The notes under the pieces were generated by a model that was not told the origin of the DNA, did no database searches, and saw only the letters and a program-made list of their open reading frames with translations. Position numbers and translations under genes: made by a program. 64,000 bases of DNA, from positions 49,941 through 113,940 of the forward strand of contig JAUIER010000009.1 of NCBI GenBank assembly GCA_030429765.1. Direction: 5' to 3'. The stretch is from a bacterium. GTDB lineage: Bacteria; Omnitrophota; Gorgyraeia; Zapsychrales; Zapsychraceae. Below, piece after piece: positions 28,710 through 39,511 of the stretch. Positions within the stretch are counted from its first letter, which is position 1. Each line of letters starts with the position of its first letter.

Positions 28710-30527
28710 ATGGATAATTATGACTACGGCATGATCGGAAATTGTTCCAGTGCCGCTTTAATCAGCAAAGATTGCAGTGTGGACTGGCTGTGCCTTCCGA
28801 ATTTTGATTCATCGTCCCTATTTGCCAAGATCCTCGACGATGAGAAGGGCGGATATTTCAAAATCAGCGGGGTGGATGTCATCAAGACAAAGCAAGAGTA
28901 TATCCGTTTTACCGCTATTCTGAAAACAACGTTTGAGACACGGGATGGAATTTTTGAGGTCAACGATTACATGCCGCGATTCGGAAACTCGAGGGGAAGC
29001 TACTATTGCCCTGCCGAGATTCATCGAAAACTGCGGGTCATTGCCGGGAAACCTAAGATCCGCATCGAACTCTTTCCCAAACCCAATTACGCGCTCGGTG
29101 AGCCGGATTGCAAGATCAAGCACGATTACATCAAAATCACCTCTACGCAGGGCCATTACAACAGTTTCTACTTCTACAGTAACATGGATTATGAGAAGAT
29201 CCTCAGCGGTCAGACCATTGAGCTGGATACCTACGCGTACTGTCTGTTGTCCTATCATGAGAAGCTGGATGAGGTGTCCAACGACAAGATGTTTATGGAT
29301 TACGAACGCACCAAGTCCTACTGGCTGGAATGGATACAACGCACGAAATTTAACGGCAACTACAAGGAAGAATTTCAACGTTCGGCCATCACGTTGAAGA
29401 TGCTGATGTATCAGCGCACCGGTGCGGTATTGGCGGCGCCGACAACATCGTTGCCGGAGATCATCGGGCGAGACCGCAACTGGGACTATCGCTATTGCTG
29501 GATCCGTGACGGGGCCATGATCGTGGATACGTATGTACGGATTGGTCACATTCAGTCGGCCGACGGTTTTATCGATTTTATCCTCAATCGGATGCAGCTG
29601 AAGCACGAGGATATCGGCGTCATGTACGGTATCAACGGGGAAGAAAAGCTGGATGAATTTACGCTGGACCACCTCTCCGGGTACAAGGATTCAAAACCCG
29701 TAAGAATCGGCAACGCGGCGTACACACAGAAGCAGAACGATCTCTACGGGGAATTGATTGAGACAATTTACACCTATTTCTATATCAACCGGCGCGGCAG
29801 TTTTCAACTCAACGAGGAGATCTGGACCATGGTCCGGTCGCTGGTCAACCGGGTGCGGGACTGCTGGCGGGAGAAGGACAGCGGAATTTGGGAACGGCGG
29901 GAGGCCATGCAGCATTACACGCATTCCAAGCTGATGGCGTGGGTGGCGATGGACCGGGCCTGCAAAATTGCCAAATTCGTCAATAAACCCCAATATATTG
30001 AGATCTGGAAGGGGATGGCGGATGAAATCAAGGAAGATATTTTAAAGAATGCGTGGAATGAAAAGTTAAAATGCTTTACAATGTATTACGGTTCAGAATA
30101 CTACGACGCTTCCCTTTTGCTGATGCTCCATTACGGATTTCTGCCTCCGGATGATCCGCGTATGCAATCTACGGTTGAGGTATATTACCAGCATCTGGTA
30201 CAGAACGGTTTCTGTTTCCGCTATGTCGCCGAGGATGAGTTCGGCGCGCCGGAAAATGCCTTTGTCGTATGTACGTTCTGGATGATCAATGCCTTGTATT
30301 TGATCGGTGAAGAGAAGAAGGCCCGGGAGATGTTTGAGGGTATTCTGGCGTGTTCCAATCATTTGGGGCTGCTCGCGGAAGATGTCGAGATCAAAAGCCG
30401 GCGCCAAACCGGAAATTTCCCGCAGGGATATTCGCATTTGGCATTGATTCAAACCGTGCTCTTGCTGGAAACGGCCTACAATTGGAGCGATACGTTTTCA
30501 GCAAAAACAAATAACTATACCGTTTAA
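28710..30527 (+). CDS. Glycoside hydrolase family 15 protein (glucoamylase/trehalase-like)
   Basis: The N-terminus YGMIGNCSSAALISKDCSVDWLCLPNFDSSSLFA matches the conserved GH15-related N-domain, with a C-terminal (alpha/alpha)6 barrel. Confidence 0.85.
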   Translation: MDNYDYGMIGNCSSAALISKDCSVDWLCLPNFDSSSLFAKILDDEKGGYFKISGVDVIKTKQEYIRFTAILKTTFETRDGIFEVNDYMPRFGNSRGSYYCPAEIHRKLRVIAGKPKIRIELFPKPNYALGEPDCKIKHDYIKITSTQGHYNSFYFYSNMDYEKILSGQTIELDTYAYCLLSYHEKLDEVSNDKMFMDYERTKSYWLEWIQRTKFNGNYKEEFQRSAITLKMLMYQRTGAVLAAPTTSLPEIIGRDRNWDYRYCWIRDGAMIVDTYVRIGHIQSADGFIDFILNRMQLKHEDIGVMYGINGEEKLDEFTLDHLSGYKDSKPVRIGNAAYTQKQNDLYGELIETIYTYFYINRRGSFQLNEEIWTMVRSLVNRVRDCWREKDSGIWERREAMQHYTHSKLMAWVAMDRACKIAKFVNKPQYIEIWKGMADEIKEDILKNAWNEKLKCFTMYYGSEYYDASLLLMLHYGFLPPDDPRMQSTVEVYYQHLVQNGFCFRYVAEDEFGAPENAFVVCTFWMINALYLIGEEKKAREMFEGILACSNHLGLLAEDVEIKSRRQTGNFPQGYSHLALIQTVLLLETAYNWSDTFSAKTNNYTV

Positions 30528-30543
30528 CCGTAAGGAGGAGTCA

Positions 30544-31107
30544 GTGAGATTACAGTCAACGCTATTTATTCTTTTGGTTTCATTTCTCATGATTGGCTGC
30601 GCGCACACGCAAAGCCCGACGGCCGTTAACAGTCTTCAAATCAAGGTGGCTCAGCTCGAGCGAAAGGTGCTGGACAGAGATCGTCAAATCACCGATTTGC
30701 AGGCACAGGTTCAGTCACTGGATAGTCAGTTAAGTGAAATTGATACAATTGAATACGAGCTTCCTGCGGAAGATTATACCTATCGACAACCTGAACGACG
30801 AACTTATCAAGCCCAAACACGACGTCCTTACATCGAAGACACATATACTGAGGTCGAAACGTACGTTGAACCGGTGGTGCGCAAAGAACCGGCCAAGAAA
30901 GACACACGTATTATTCGCGTATCCGCATCGGCCAGAGATATCCAGCAGGCGTTGAAGAATGCCGGATACTATACAGGCAAAATAGACGGAAAATTCGGCC
31001 GTCAATCCAAGAAGGCCGTCACGGCTTTTCAGACCGATCACAATCTCAAGGCTGACGGCATCATCGGTCGTGCGACTTGGGGTGAACTCAAGACATACCT
31101 GGAATAG
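30544..31107 (+). CDS. Lipoprotein with coiled coil and C-terminal peptidoglycan-binding domain (PG_binding_1)
   Basis: The lipobox is MIGC. The C-terminus reads LKNAGYYTGKIDGKFGRQSKKAVTAFQTDHNLKADGIIGRATW. Confidence 0.6.
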   Translation: MRLQSTLFILLVSFLMIGCAHTQSPTAVNSLQIKVAQLERKVLDRDRQITDLQAQVQSLDSQLSEIDTIEYELPAEDYTYRQPERRTYQAQTRRPYIEDTYTEVETYVEPVVRKEPAKKDTRIIRVSASARDIQQALKNAGYYTGKIDGKFGRQSKKAVTAFQTDHNLKADGIIGRATWGELKTYLE

Positions 31108-31119
31108 GTCCTTGAACGC

Positions 31120-31935
31120 ATGCCGAACACAAGCGTCAGTATTCTGGGATGCGGCTGGCTAGGATTACCGTTGGCGCGGCGTCTCGCCGCAGAAAATTGG
31201 TCGGTTAAAGGATCCACGACTCACCCCGAGAAGCTGAAAGTGCTGGATCAGTATGAAATTGATCCGTACCATATCACGTGTGATCCCCGGATTCAGGGCG
31301 ATCGCCTTGATCATTTCTTTCATTCCGACGAATTGTTTTTAAATATTCCCTTCAAACGCGGCCTGCCTGATCCGGCCTTTTATCACACCCAAATTCATTC
31401 GGTTTTACAGCATGCCAAACAAGGGGCGGTTAAACGCGTTTTTTTTGCCGGTTCGACTTCGGTATACCCGTCGCAGATCGGTATCGCGCGGGAAGACATG
31501 GTGATTGATCCCGACACAGAACGCGCCAAGGTTCTTGGGCAGATTGAAGAGGATTTGATTTCCGATAAGGATGTATCGGCCGTCATCCTGAGATTTAGTG
31601 GTCTGTACGGCGGATCCCGTGAACTCGGAAAATTTATGCAGGCCGGACGCTCGGATCAGCGCAGAGGTCGCTCGCCGGTCAATCTTGTCCATCTCGATGA
31701 TTGTGTGGAAATCGTAAGCCGTTTGTTGGCTTCGGATATTGCCAACGAGATCTTTAATATCTGTGCGGATGAACATCCGTCCCGCGAAGAACTTTATCAG
31801 GCGAAGGCCCGGCAGCTGGGATTGCCGGTTCCACAATTTAACGATGCGGCCGAGCCCGACCAAAAAATTGTCTGTAATCAAAAGATCAAGGAGCGGCTTG
31901 ACTATACCTTTATACATCCTGATCCGCGTTTCTGA
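31120..31935 (+). CDS. NAD-dependent epimerase/dehydratase family (SDR) protein
   Basis: The N-terminus carries ILGCGWLGLPLARRL (Rossmann fold). Confidence 0.65.
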   Translation: MPNTSVSILGCGWLGLPLARRLAAENWSVKGSTTHPEKLKVLDQYEIDPYHITCDPRIQGDRLDHFFHSDELFLNIPFKRGLPDPAFYHTQIHSVLQHAKQGAVKRVFFAGSTSVYPSQIGIAREDMVIDPDTERAKVLGQIEEDLISDKDVSAVILRFSGLYGGSRELGKFMQAGRSDQRRGRSPVNLVHLDDCVEIVSRLLASDIANEIFNICADEHPSREELYQAKARQLGLPVPQFNDAAEPDQKIVCNQKIKERLDYTFIHPDPRF

Positions 31936-31941
31936 GTCGAT

Positions 31942-33786
31942 TTGCCTATGAACCTGTCGCTTAAAACCAGCGTCGTGATTGTCCTGCTTTTTCTGACGGG
32001 ATTTCTTCTCTACTCCAATACCTTCCACCATAGTTTTCATTTTGATGACTACGTCTTTATCGTTAATAATCCTGAGATAACGGATATCACCGATATTCGA
32101 CAAATCTGGAACGAAGGCAGCGCGCCGACCCGGTTTGTGACTTATCTGACCTTTGCTATTAATTATCATTTTCATCGGTTTGAGGAGTGGGGGTACCATC
32201 TCGGTAATATTGCCATTCACAGTATCAATAGCGGGCTGGTCTTCTGGCTGACATTACTGATTTTTCGCACGCCGACGGTGCAACGTCAGCATCTGCGGGA
32301 TCGTTCCTGGTCGGTGGCGATACTGACAGCCGCTTTGTTTCTGGTGCATCCCATGCAGACGCAGGCGGTCACTTATATCTGTCAGCGGTTTGCATCCTTG
32401 GCTACGTTGTTTTATTTGCTGACGGTCTGTTGGTATCTCAAGGCCCGTCTAGAGACGACGGGCGCGAAGCTCTACGTAACATTGGCCGTGATCTCGGCTG
32501 TATGCGGGATGTTTACCAAACAGATTGTGCTGACCTTGCCGATGATGATCGTGTTTCTGGAGATTTGTCTGTTTGAGCGATTTTCCCTCAAACAGATATG
32601 GAGCGGACGGAACGTGAAATGGTTGATCCTGTTGCTGGCTTTTTTGCTGTTGATCCCCGCCGTCTATCGATTTGATACAGCCTCCATTATCGGACGGGAG
32701 TTTGATTCATTGTCACACCGGGGAGATGTCCTGAACAGTCCACGTTATTTGCTAACGCAATTCCGCGTGATCTGGACATATATTCGCTTGATGGTGCTGC
32801 CCGTCGGACAAAACTTGCTGTATGATTTTCCCGCGTCCTACACCTTGTGGGAGGGGCGTACGCTGATGGGTTTAATCGGTCTAGGACTCTTGATAGGATT
32901 CGCCTATTGGTGCCGTCGGCGATTCGTCTTCGTGACACTTGGGATCGGCTGGTTTTTAATCGCTCTACTCGTGGAGTCGAGCATTATTCCGATCCGACAA
33001 GTCATCTTTGAGCATCGCTGCTATCTGCCGTCATATGGATGGATGCTGATGACCGCGGCCGTGCTGGTCCGGTTTTTGTCAACGCCCCAAAGGTTGTGGT
33101 CGGTCAGCGCGATGGTTCTGATAACGCTCGCCATACTAACATATCAGCGTAACCAGGTGTGGAGGGATGGGATTACACTTTGGACGGACGTCCTTGCTAA
33201 ATCCCCGAATATGATCCGGCCATACACGCATCTGGCGACGGCATATCTCAACGCCGGTCGATTGGATGAGGCGATTGACATCTACACACGCGGGATAGAG
33301 GTCGATCCTCAGCGTGCCGAGTCCTATAATAATCGCGGCAACGTGTATGTGATCCGACGGCAGTATGATATGGCTCTGAAGGATTACAAAAAGGCGCTGT
33401 CTCTGGATGATTCCCTCGTCAAGACCTATAACAATGTCGGGATTATTTATAACCGGCAGAAAAATTTTCCAGAGGCCTTGAAGTACTATAATAAGGCATT
33501 GGAGCTGGATGATCAAAATTCGGGAGCTTACTTTAATCGGGCCAATATCTATTTGCAGTTAAATCAGTTGGAGGCGGCGTTCAAGGATTATTCCCGGAGC
33601 CTCGAGCTGGATCCGTTTAAAAAGCGCGCGTTGTACTACCGCTCACAAATTTATGCGGTCAATCAGGATTACCGTCGAGCCCTGGAGGATATCCTCAAAG
33701 CCCAGGAACTGGGGCTGAAGGTTGATGCGGCGTATATCAATGATCTTAGGAAACAAATCCAACTTCAGAAAGGACAAGGGTTTTGA
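31942..33786 (+). CDS. Membrane TPR-repeat protein, TMTC/PMT-like (GT-C fold) putative protein O-glycosyltransferase, paralog 1
   Basis: About 10 TM helices with HHSFHFDDYVFIVNNP and HPMQTQAVTYICQRFASLATLFYL precede about 9 C-terminal TPR repeats. Confidence 0.7.
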   Translation: MPMNLSLKTSVVIVLLFLTGFLLYSNTFHHSFHFDDYVFIVNNPEITDITDIRQIWNEGSAPTRFVTYLTFAINYHFHRFEEWGYHLGNIAIHSINSGLVFWLTLLIFRTPTVQRQHLRDRSWSVAILTAALFLVHPMQTQAVTYICQRFASLATLFYLLTVCWYLKARLETTGAKLYVTLAVISAVCGMFTKQIVLTLPMMIVFLEICLFERFSLKQIWSGRNVKWLILLLAFLLLIPAVYRFDTASIIGREFDSLSHRGDVLNSPRYLLTQFRVIWTYIRLMVLPVGQNLLYDFPASYTLWEGRTLMGLIGLGLLIGFAYWCRRRFVFVTLGIGWFLIALLVESSIIPIRQVIFEHRCYLPSYGWMLMTAAVLVRFLSTPQRLWSVSAMVLITLAILTYQRNQVWRDGITLWTDVLAKSPNMIRPYTHLATAYLNAGRLDEAIDIYTRGIEVDPQRAESYNNRGNVYVIRRQYDMALKDYKKALSLDDSLVKTYNNVGIIYNRQKNFPEALKYYNKALELDDQNSGAYFNRANIYLQLNQLEAAFKDYSRSLELDPFKKRALYYRSQIYAVNQDYRRALEDILKAQELGLKVDAAYINDLRKQIQLQKGQGF

Positions 33787-36023
33787 AGCGTTGGGGGAGA
33801 TGGATTAGTCCGATCGCGATCATTGTGTTCGGATTGGCCATTTATTCAAATAATTATAATTGCGGATGGCATTTTGATGACTTGAGTTATATCGTCAACA
33901 ATCCGACCATCCGCTCATTATCTGATATCCGATCGATCTGGGAGCGGTTAACGGCGCCCGGCCGGACGCTCGTGCTGTATTCGTTTGCGCTGAATTATCA
34001 TTTCGGAAAGACGGATGTCTTTGGTTATCATGTTGTTAACAATCTGATTCACATCATCACATCGCTCGGTGTGTGGTGGCTGGCCCGTCTGATCTTTGCG
34101 ACACCAAATTTGGTTAAAAATAAGCTGTGTCGCCGTCGAGAGTGGGCCGCGTTATTCGTTGCCTTGATATTTGCCGCGCACCCGATTCAGACGCAGGCCA
34201 TAACCTATATTTGTCAGCGCTTTGCGTCGATGGCAACGATGTTTTATGTGTTGTGCGTGGCCAGTTACCTGCGGGGACGTTTGTATCCCTCGGGGCGATG
34301 GCTGTTTTTTTTATTATCCGGTTTGTTTGCGGTTTGCGGGATGTTCAGTAAACAGATAACGATTACAATTCCATTGGCGATTGCGATGATTGAATGGATC
34401 TTTCTACAGCCGGATGTCCGGTTAAGGGATTTATGCAGAAAGATCAAATGGCGTTATGTCCTTCCTGTTTTAGGATTCCTGCTGATTGTTCCAGCGCTGT
34501 ATGCCTTTGATATCCGCGGGATTTTGAGTATCTATCATGCATCGTCAGGATCCTACCGGGGGGAACCGGTGGACAGTTATCATTATTTTCTAACGCAATC
34601 GAGGGTGATTCTGACGTACCTGCGATTGTTGTTTGTGCCGATTGGACAGAATCTGCTGTATGACTTTCAGATGTCCAAGTCCTGGTTTGAGCCGAGGACA
34701 CTGGGTGCGTTTCTGCTGCTCGGATGTATGTTGGTGTCGGCCTTGAGGATCCGCGTCCGTCACCGCGTTATGACATTTGGTATCTTGTGGTTTTTTCTGA
34801 CGCTTCTCGTCGAGTCGAGTATTATTCCTATCCGTCATGTGATCTTCGAGCATCGGGTTTATCTGCCCAGTGTGGGGTTTTCTTTTTTCATCGTGGGCGT
34901 GATGTATGCGTTGATCAATGCCGATCGAAAAAGACAGATTACGTTGTTGATTATCATCTTCACCCTGGGATTTTTAACCTTTCAGCGGAACAAGGTTTGG
35001 AAAGATGAGCTAACCCTATGGGCCGACGTTAAGGCCAAGTCGCCTCATAAGATGCGTCCGTACCTGAATACCGGTATTGCTTATTCAGAGCGGGGTGAAT
35101 TTGATAAAGCGATTTACGAATTTAACCGGGCCCTGGAAAAGAATCCGCGCAGTATTATGGTGATGAACAACAAGGGCGTGTTGTATACCAAGACGCATCA
35201 GTTTGATTTTGCGATCGCGGAATTCAATCGGGCGTTGGAATTGTCTGAAGATTGGCCTGAGGTTTGGAATAATCGTGGGGATGCCTACCGTCACAAAAAA
35301 GATTATCAGCGGGCGCTGGATGACTACAACGTGGCCCTCGATAAGAAGCCGGAGCAGTATCGTACCTTAAGTAACCGTGGTGTGGTGTTGACGCATCTGG
35401 GACGTTATCAGGAAGCGCTTGAAGATTTTAATGCGGCTATTGCCGTCGATCCGGATTTTATAGAGGCGTATCAGAATCGCGGCAATCTGTTCGGGATGCT
35501 CAAGCGGTATGAAGAGGCGGCGGCCGACTTCACACGTGTCATTCAAGCCAATCCGGAAGTGCCGGAGATATACAACAACCGGGGGAATGCCTATCGAAAA
35601 CTCAAAGAGGATGATAAGGCGTTGGCGGACTATAATCGCGCGCTTGAGCTGCGTCCTGATTTTGCCGAAGCCCTCAACAATCGGGGGATTATGTACCGTA
35701 ATCAAAAAGACTATGATCGGGCATTGTTGGATTATAACCGGGCGATAGAATTGGATCCAAATTACTTGAGCGCACTCAACAATCGGGCCAATCTTTATAA
35801 ATTGATGAACCGGAACGATTTATCTATCAAGGACTTCAACCGGGCGATCGGGATCAGTCCTCAAACACCATACTTGTATTACAATCGGGCCAAGCTGTGG
35901 ATCGCGCAGAAAAATTTCAATCATGCCTTAAAAGATGCCGAGCGCGCCAAGGCGCTTGGTTATGGTCCGGCGGTTGATCTGGTCGAACGTCTCATTCAAT
36001 TCCGAAATGCGCAGAAAAAGTAA
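33783..36023 (+). CDS. Membrane TPR-repeat protein, TMTC/PMT-like, paralog 2
   Basis: The architecture is paralogous to the upstream gene (HPIQTQAITYICQRFASMATMFYVL) and the TPR array is longer. Confidence 0.7.
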   Translation: MKRWGRWISPIAIIVFGLAIYSNNYNCGWHFDDLSYIVNNPTIRSLSDIRSIWERLTAPGRTLVLYSFALNYHFGKTDVFGYHVVNNLIHIITSLGVWWLARLIFATPNLVKNKLCRRREWAALFVALIFAAHPIQTQAITYICQRFASMATMFYVLCVASYLRGRLYPSGRWLFFLLSGLFAVCGMFSKQITITIPLAIAMIEWIFLQPDVRLRDLCRKIKWRYVLPVLGFLLIVPALYAFDIRGILSIYHASSGSYRGEPVDSYHYFLTQSRVILTYLRLLFVPIGQNLLYDFQMSKSWFEPRTLGAFLLLGCMLVSALRIRVRHRVMTFGILWFFLTLLVESSIIPIRHVIFEHRVYLPSVGFSFFIVGVMYALINADRKRQITLLIIIFTLGFLTFQRNKVWKDELTLWADVKAKSPHKMRPYLNTGIAYSERGEFDKAIYEFNRALEKNPRSIMVMNNKGVLYTKTHQFDFAIAEFNRALELSEDWPEVWNNRGDAYRHKKDYQRALDDYNVALDKKPEQYRTLSNRGVVLTHLGRYQEALEDFNAAIAVDPDFIEAYQNRGNLFGMLKRYEEAAADFTRVIQANPEVPEIYNNRGNAYRKLKEDDKALADYNRALELRPDFAEALNNRGIMYRNQKDYDRALLDYNRAIELDPNYLSALNNRANLYKLMNRNDLSIKDFNRAIGISPQTPYLYYNRAKLWIAQKNFNHALKDAERAKALGYGPAVDLVERLIQFRNAQKK

Positions 36024-36963
36024 TTCACAGCCGCAAGTCTTAACCGTGACGATGAGTCCGTGCGTCGATTATCTCTATCAGTACCGGTCGCGCGGGCGTT
36101 TGTATGTGGTGAAACATGCTCAGGCTATGGCCGGCGGCAAAGGGATCAACGTATCGCGGAGCCTCAGGGCGATGGGGATTCCAAGCGTCGCGCTGGGATT
36201 GAACGGCGGACGCAACGGGGAGATGCTCAGATCACTACTACGTAAAGAACGGATTGAGAACGCTTTTACGGAGATTCAGGCTGAGACACGGGCCAGTCAG
36301 ACATTGGAGGGCGTAGGGCAGTCCGAGCCGTGGCGAATATTTCAGCGAACGCCGGCCGTTACAAGACAGGAATGCGAATTATTTCTGCGTCAGTATCGTA
36401 AATTGTTACCATCGGTGTCAGTGGTGGTGATCAGCGGCCGGATGGCTGATGGGTTATCTAAAACATTTTTATCGAAATTGATTAATCTAACACATCAGTA
36501 TGCTGTCAGGGTGATGCTCGATACCAGCGGGGAGTTAATGTTATCCGGAGTGAAGGCGCGTCCGTGGATGATCAAGCCCAATCGTCACGAGGCGCAGGCA
36601 TTGACAGGGGTTTCTATCAAGCGTTTTCCCGACGCTGTGCGTGCAATGAAGCGTCTCAAGCGACATCACATCGAGAATATTTTTATCACTCTAGATCGGG
36701 ACGGAGCAATCGGTTGCAATCAAAATCATTTGTGGTATGCTAAGGCACCTAAGGTTGACCACGTCAGTGCCGTGGGTTGCGGCGACGCGTTTGTGGCCGG
36801 ATTCTGCTGTTCGATATTGCGGGGGCATTCGTTTGAGGACGGCTTTCGATACGCCGTGGCCGCAGGCAGCGACAGTGTCAGGCGCTTAGTTCCAGGAGGT
36901 ATCTGTCCGGATACCGTTGACCGATTGTCTCAAAAAATAAAGATCAAAAAATACAAGCTATAG
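36007..36963 (+). CDS. PfkB-family carbohydrate kinase (1-phosphofructokinase/tagatose-6-phosphate kinase-like)
   Basis: It carries the N-terminal TVT..P..DY, a GGKGINVS motif, and the C-terminal signature GCGDAFVAGF. The start is uncertain (ATG 36007 or 36052). The track ORF starts at 35935 inside the upstream gene. Confidence 0.7.
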   Translation: MRRKSNSQPQVLTVTMSPCVDYLYQYRSRGRLYVVKHAQAMAGGKGINVSRSLRAMGIPSVALGLNGGRNGEMLRSLLRKERIENAFTEIQAETRASQTLEGVGQSEPWRIFQRTPAVTRQECELFLRQYRKLLPSVSVVVISGRMADGLSKTFLSKLINLTHQYAVRVMLDTSGELMLSGVKARPWMIKPNRHEAQALTGVSIKRFPDAVRAMKRLKRHHIENIFITLDRDGAIGCNQNHLWYAKAPKVDHVSAVGCGDAFVAGFCCSILRGHSFEDGFRYAVAAGSDSVRRLVPGGICPDTVDRLSQKIKIKKYKL

Positions 36964-36979
36964 TTGCGAAAGGGGTTCT

Positions 36980-37615
36980 ATGGAAACGTTGGAAGTTGCT
37001 CCGGTAAATTCACACTATATCGACGATACAATTCGAAATGAGATTCTGGAATTCTCCAAGGATTTCAAAAAGTCATGGGTCGGGCTGGGCCGGCATCTCT
37101 ATGCCGTCTGGGAAGATAAATTATTCCGGGCCTGGGGCTTTGATTCTTTCGAAGATTATATTGAAGGTGAGGTCGGCCTGCAGAAGTCATTGGGTCTGAA
37201 GCTGCTCAAATCATATTTCTTTCTGGAGCAGGACGAGCCGCAGTATCTGGACGCCCAGTTTATGGATGAGCGTACCGCCGACAAGATCCCCGGGTATGAG
37301 GAGATCAATTTTCTTCGGTTGGCCAAATCCAAGAAAGAGCTCAATAAAAATGACTATGCCAAACTTAAAAAAGATGTATTTGATAAAGGTAAGCTAGCCA
37401 CAACCCTTCGCAAAGATCTGTCGACGCTCATGAAGGAGCGGAAGTATGTGGACCCCGAGGAAGAACGTGACGCCCGCAATGAGGCGGCGATTCGCCGGCT
37501 GATTACGTCGATCAAGACCTTCCAGAAGGACATGACGGCTCTTAAACTGATCCCTGAAGACATTGTCGATAATGCCAAAGATCTGCTCAGACGTCTGGAA
37601 GAGCAGCTGGATTGA
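36980..37615 (+). CDS. Hypothetical protein (predicted alpha-helical)
   Basis: A 211-aa ORF with no recognisable motif. Confidence 0.45.
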   Translation: METLEVAPVNSHYIDDTIRNEILEFSKDFKKSWVGLGRHLYAVWEDKLFRAWGFDSFEDYIEGEVGLQKSLGLKLLKSYFFLEQDEPQYLDAQFMDERTADKIPGYEEINFLRLAKSKKELNKNDYAKLKKDVFDKGKLATTLRKDLSTLMKERKYVDPEEERDARNEAAIRRLITSIKTFQKDMTALKLIPEDIVDNAKDLLRRLEEQLD

Positions 37616-37720
37616 TCCAGCCGGGAGAAAATCCGCTTGGCGCCCCCTTAAAATAGTTGATTTCTTCCTGTCAATTGCCCCCAGAACGGATAAAATGTTA
37701 AAGTAAATATTGGTTAAGAT

Positions 37721-38083
37721 ATGTCGAAGCGAATTCTAATTATTGACGATGAAGCCACCAACATCCGGATCATGCAGTCCCGGCTTACGGGGGAAGGGTA
37801 TGAAGTTGTCATCGCCCGTGATGGTGATGTGGGGCTGGAACGTGTTCAGAAAGAAAGTCCGGATCTGATTATCCTGGATATCGAAATGCCGCGTATGAAC
37901 GGCTATTTCTTTATTTCAGAACTCAAGAAACTGGGCGATCAGAAAGATATTCCCGTCATTGTGATCACCTCTCATGATGACATGGAGGCCGCGTTTGCTT
38001 CAAAAGGAATCCAGCATTACATGGTTAAGCCGATTGACTTTGATCAGTTGTTTAACAAAATTCAATCCATTCTCACCGCGTAG
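37721..38083 (+). CDS. Single-domain response regulator (CheY-like receiver)
   Basis: ILIIDDE, DLIILDIEMPRMNG and a conserved Lys. Confidence 0.85.
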   Translation: MSKRILIIDDEATNIRIMQSRLTGEGYEVVIARDGDVGLERVQKESPDLIILDIEMPRMNGYFFISELKKLGDQKDIPVIVITSHDDMEAAFASKGIQHYMVKPIDFDQLFNKIQSILTA

Positions 38084-38265
38084 TTTTTATTCCCGCCCGT
38101 CGAAAAATTACATTTAAAATGTTGATTTTAATTTCAATTAACACATAATGAAAAGGTATTCCTAAACGAACAAATTGCCTTATGTCTGAACTGTTGCGCG
38201 TGTGATTCAGTCTTATTGAGCAGACAGAGTCCCTGATCAACGTTTTACACTTAAGGAGACCGGCA

Positions 38266-39462
38266 ATGACAGATCCAAAGCAGATTCCTTTTTTGGTTCA
38301 ACTTCTCGACGACGAATCGATCGATGTTCAGGAAAAAGTCAGTCTTGAGCTGGATGCCTTCGGTCCATTGCTCAGAGACGAGATCCAGAAGATATCATTT
38401 CCGCTGACGGCTCGCCAAAAAGAAAATCTCGAAAATATATTTGAACATCATCAGCGAACACGGTTGCTTCAGTTTTGGCCGACGTGGTATGACCAGCGCG
38501 GATCCATGGAGAAATTGGAGTCGGCGCTGACGCTGTTAAGTGAATATTTAACGGTCTACGATTATCGTGTGCGTCTCAAGGATTTGCTGGATGAGTTGGC
38601 CGATAAATTTCAGCGGAAATATCAGTCACTTGATCCTAAACTTCTCGCGTATTACTTGTTTGATGAGGTCGGGATGAAGGGGAATGACGAAGAATATTAC
38701 AATCCGCAGAATAGTAATCCGATCTACGTGATCAACGAAAAACGCGGTATTCCGATCAGCCTGGTCTGTATCTACATGCTTGTCGGATATCGGGTCGGCA
38801 TTCCGATCGAGGGATGTCCGTTTCCCGGTCATTTTCTGGCCCGTATCGATCTTGATGGACAGATGGCATTTGTGGACTGCTACAGCTCCGGACAGATCAT
38901 TCTTGAACATGAGTTTACGAAATTCCGTGATGAGATCACCGAAAATATTGTTGAAGCCCTGGCCGAGCGGGTGTGCGCCGAGGATATTGTGCGGCGATAC
39001 TTGGCTAATCTGATCCGTGCGTTTCAGTTTGAAGAAGACAAGGAAGGTGGCGAATTGATGAATCGCTTGTTCTGTGATCTCGAGCAGCGGATGGCGGAGC
39101 GGAGGATCGCCCATATCACGCCGGATGAGATCATCGACGGGCCCCGCCCCAAATACCGTCCGGGAAATATTGTCAAACACGCCAAATATGGTTATCGCGG
39201 AATCATCGTCGGGATGGATCAGGAGTGCAAGGCCACGGATGATTGGTACTACGGTAATCAGACCCAGCCCGCCCGGGATCAGCCCTGGTTTCATCTGTTG
39301 GTCCATGACACAGAGCAGGTCACCTATGTGGCCGAGAATAACCTGGAGATTGATGGATCCCGCAAAGAGATAGTTCATCCGCTGCTGACGTATTTTTTCA
39401 CCCGTCTGGGTAACGGGCGTTATGTCCGCAACGAAAATGCCTGGCCGCAGACCGATTTTTAG
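38266..39462 (+). CDS. Transglutaminase-like (SirB1/UPF0162-type) protein with C-terminal YccV/HspQ-like domain
   Basis: GIPISLVCIYMLVGYRVGIPIEGCPFPGHFLAR is a transglutaminase-like core. The C-terminus GNIVKHAKYGYRGIIVGMD...WFHLLVHDTEQ is a YccV-like hemimethylated-DNA-binding fold. Confidence 0.65.
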   Translation: MTDPKQIPFLVQLLDDESIDVQEKVSLELDAFGPLLRDEIQKISFPLTARQKENLENIFEHHQRTRLLQFWPTWYDQRGSMEKLESALTLLSEYLTVYDYRVRLKDLLDELADKFQRKYQSLDPKLLAYYLFDEVGMKGNDEEYYNPQNSNPIYVINEKRGIPISLVCIYMLVGYRVGIPIEGCPFPGHFLARIDLDGQMAFVDCYSSGQIILEHEFTKFRDEITENIVEALAERVCAEDIVRRYLANLIRAFQFEEDKEGGELMNRLFCDLEQRMAERRIAHITPDEIIDGPRPKYRPGNIVKHAKYGYRGIIVGMDQECKATDDWYYGNQTQPARDQPWFHLLVHDTEQVTYVAENNLEIDGSRKEIVHPLLTYFFTRLGNGRYVRNENAWPQTDF

Positions 39463-39476
39463 GGGTGATAAGACTC

Positions 39477-39505
39477 TTGACTTGCGCTAATTTGTGTGGT
39501 ATCAT
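39477..39505 (+). promoter_or_regulatory. Strong sigma70-like promoter (TTGACT-17-TATCAT) for lexA
   Basis: TTGACT at 39477-39482, a 17-nt spacer, then TATCAT at 39500-39505. The predicted transcription start coincides with the lexA ATG at 39512. Confidence 0.5.
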
Positions 39506-39511
39506 CCTCAC

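Noticed and set aside
28818-29672. 284-aa minus-strand ORF
   Set aside because: It is antisense to the GH15 hydrolase gene. The + frame carries clear family motifs.
31405-32220. 271-aa minus-strand ORF
   Set aside because: It is antisense to the SDR epimerase gene and the start of TMTC-like paralog 1.
35935-36006. Upstream extension of the PfkB kinase ORF
   Set aside because: It lies inside the preceding TMTC-like gene, and the conserved PfkB N-terminus (VLTVTMSP...DY) begins only around 36030-36052.
38626-39378. 250-aa minus-strand ORF
   Set aside because: It is antisense to the transglutaminase-like/YccV gene.
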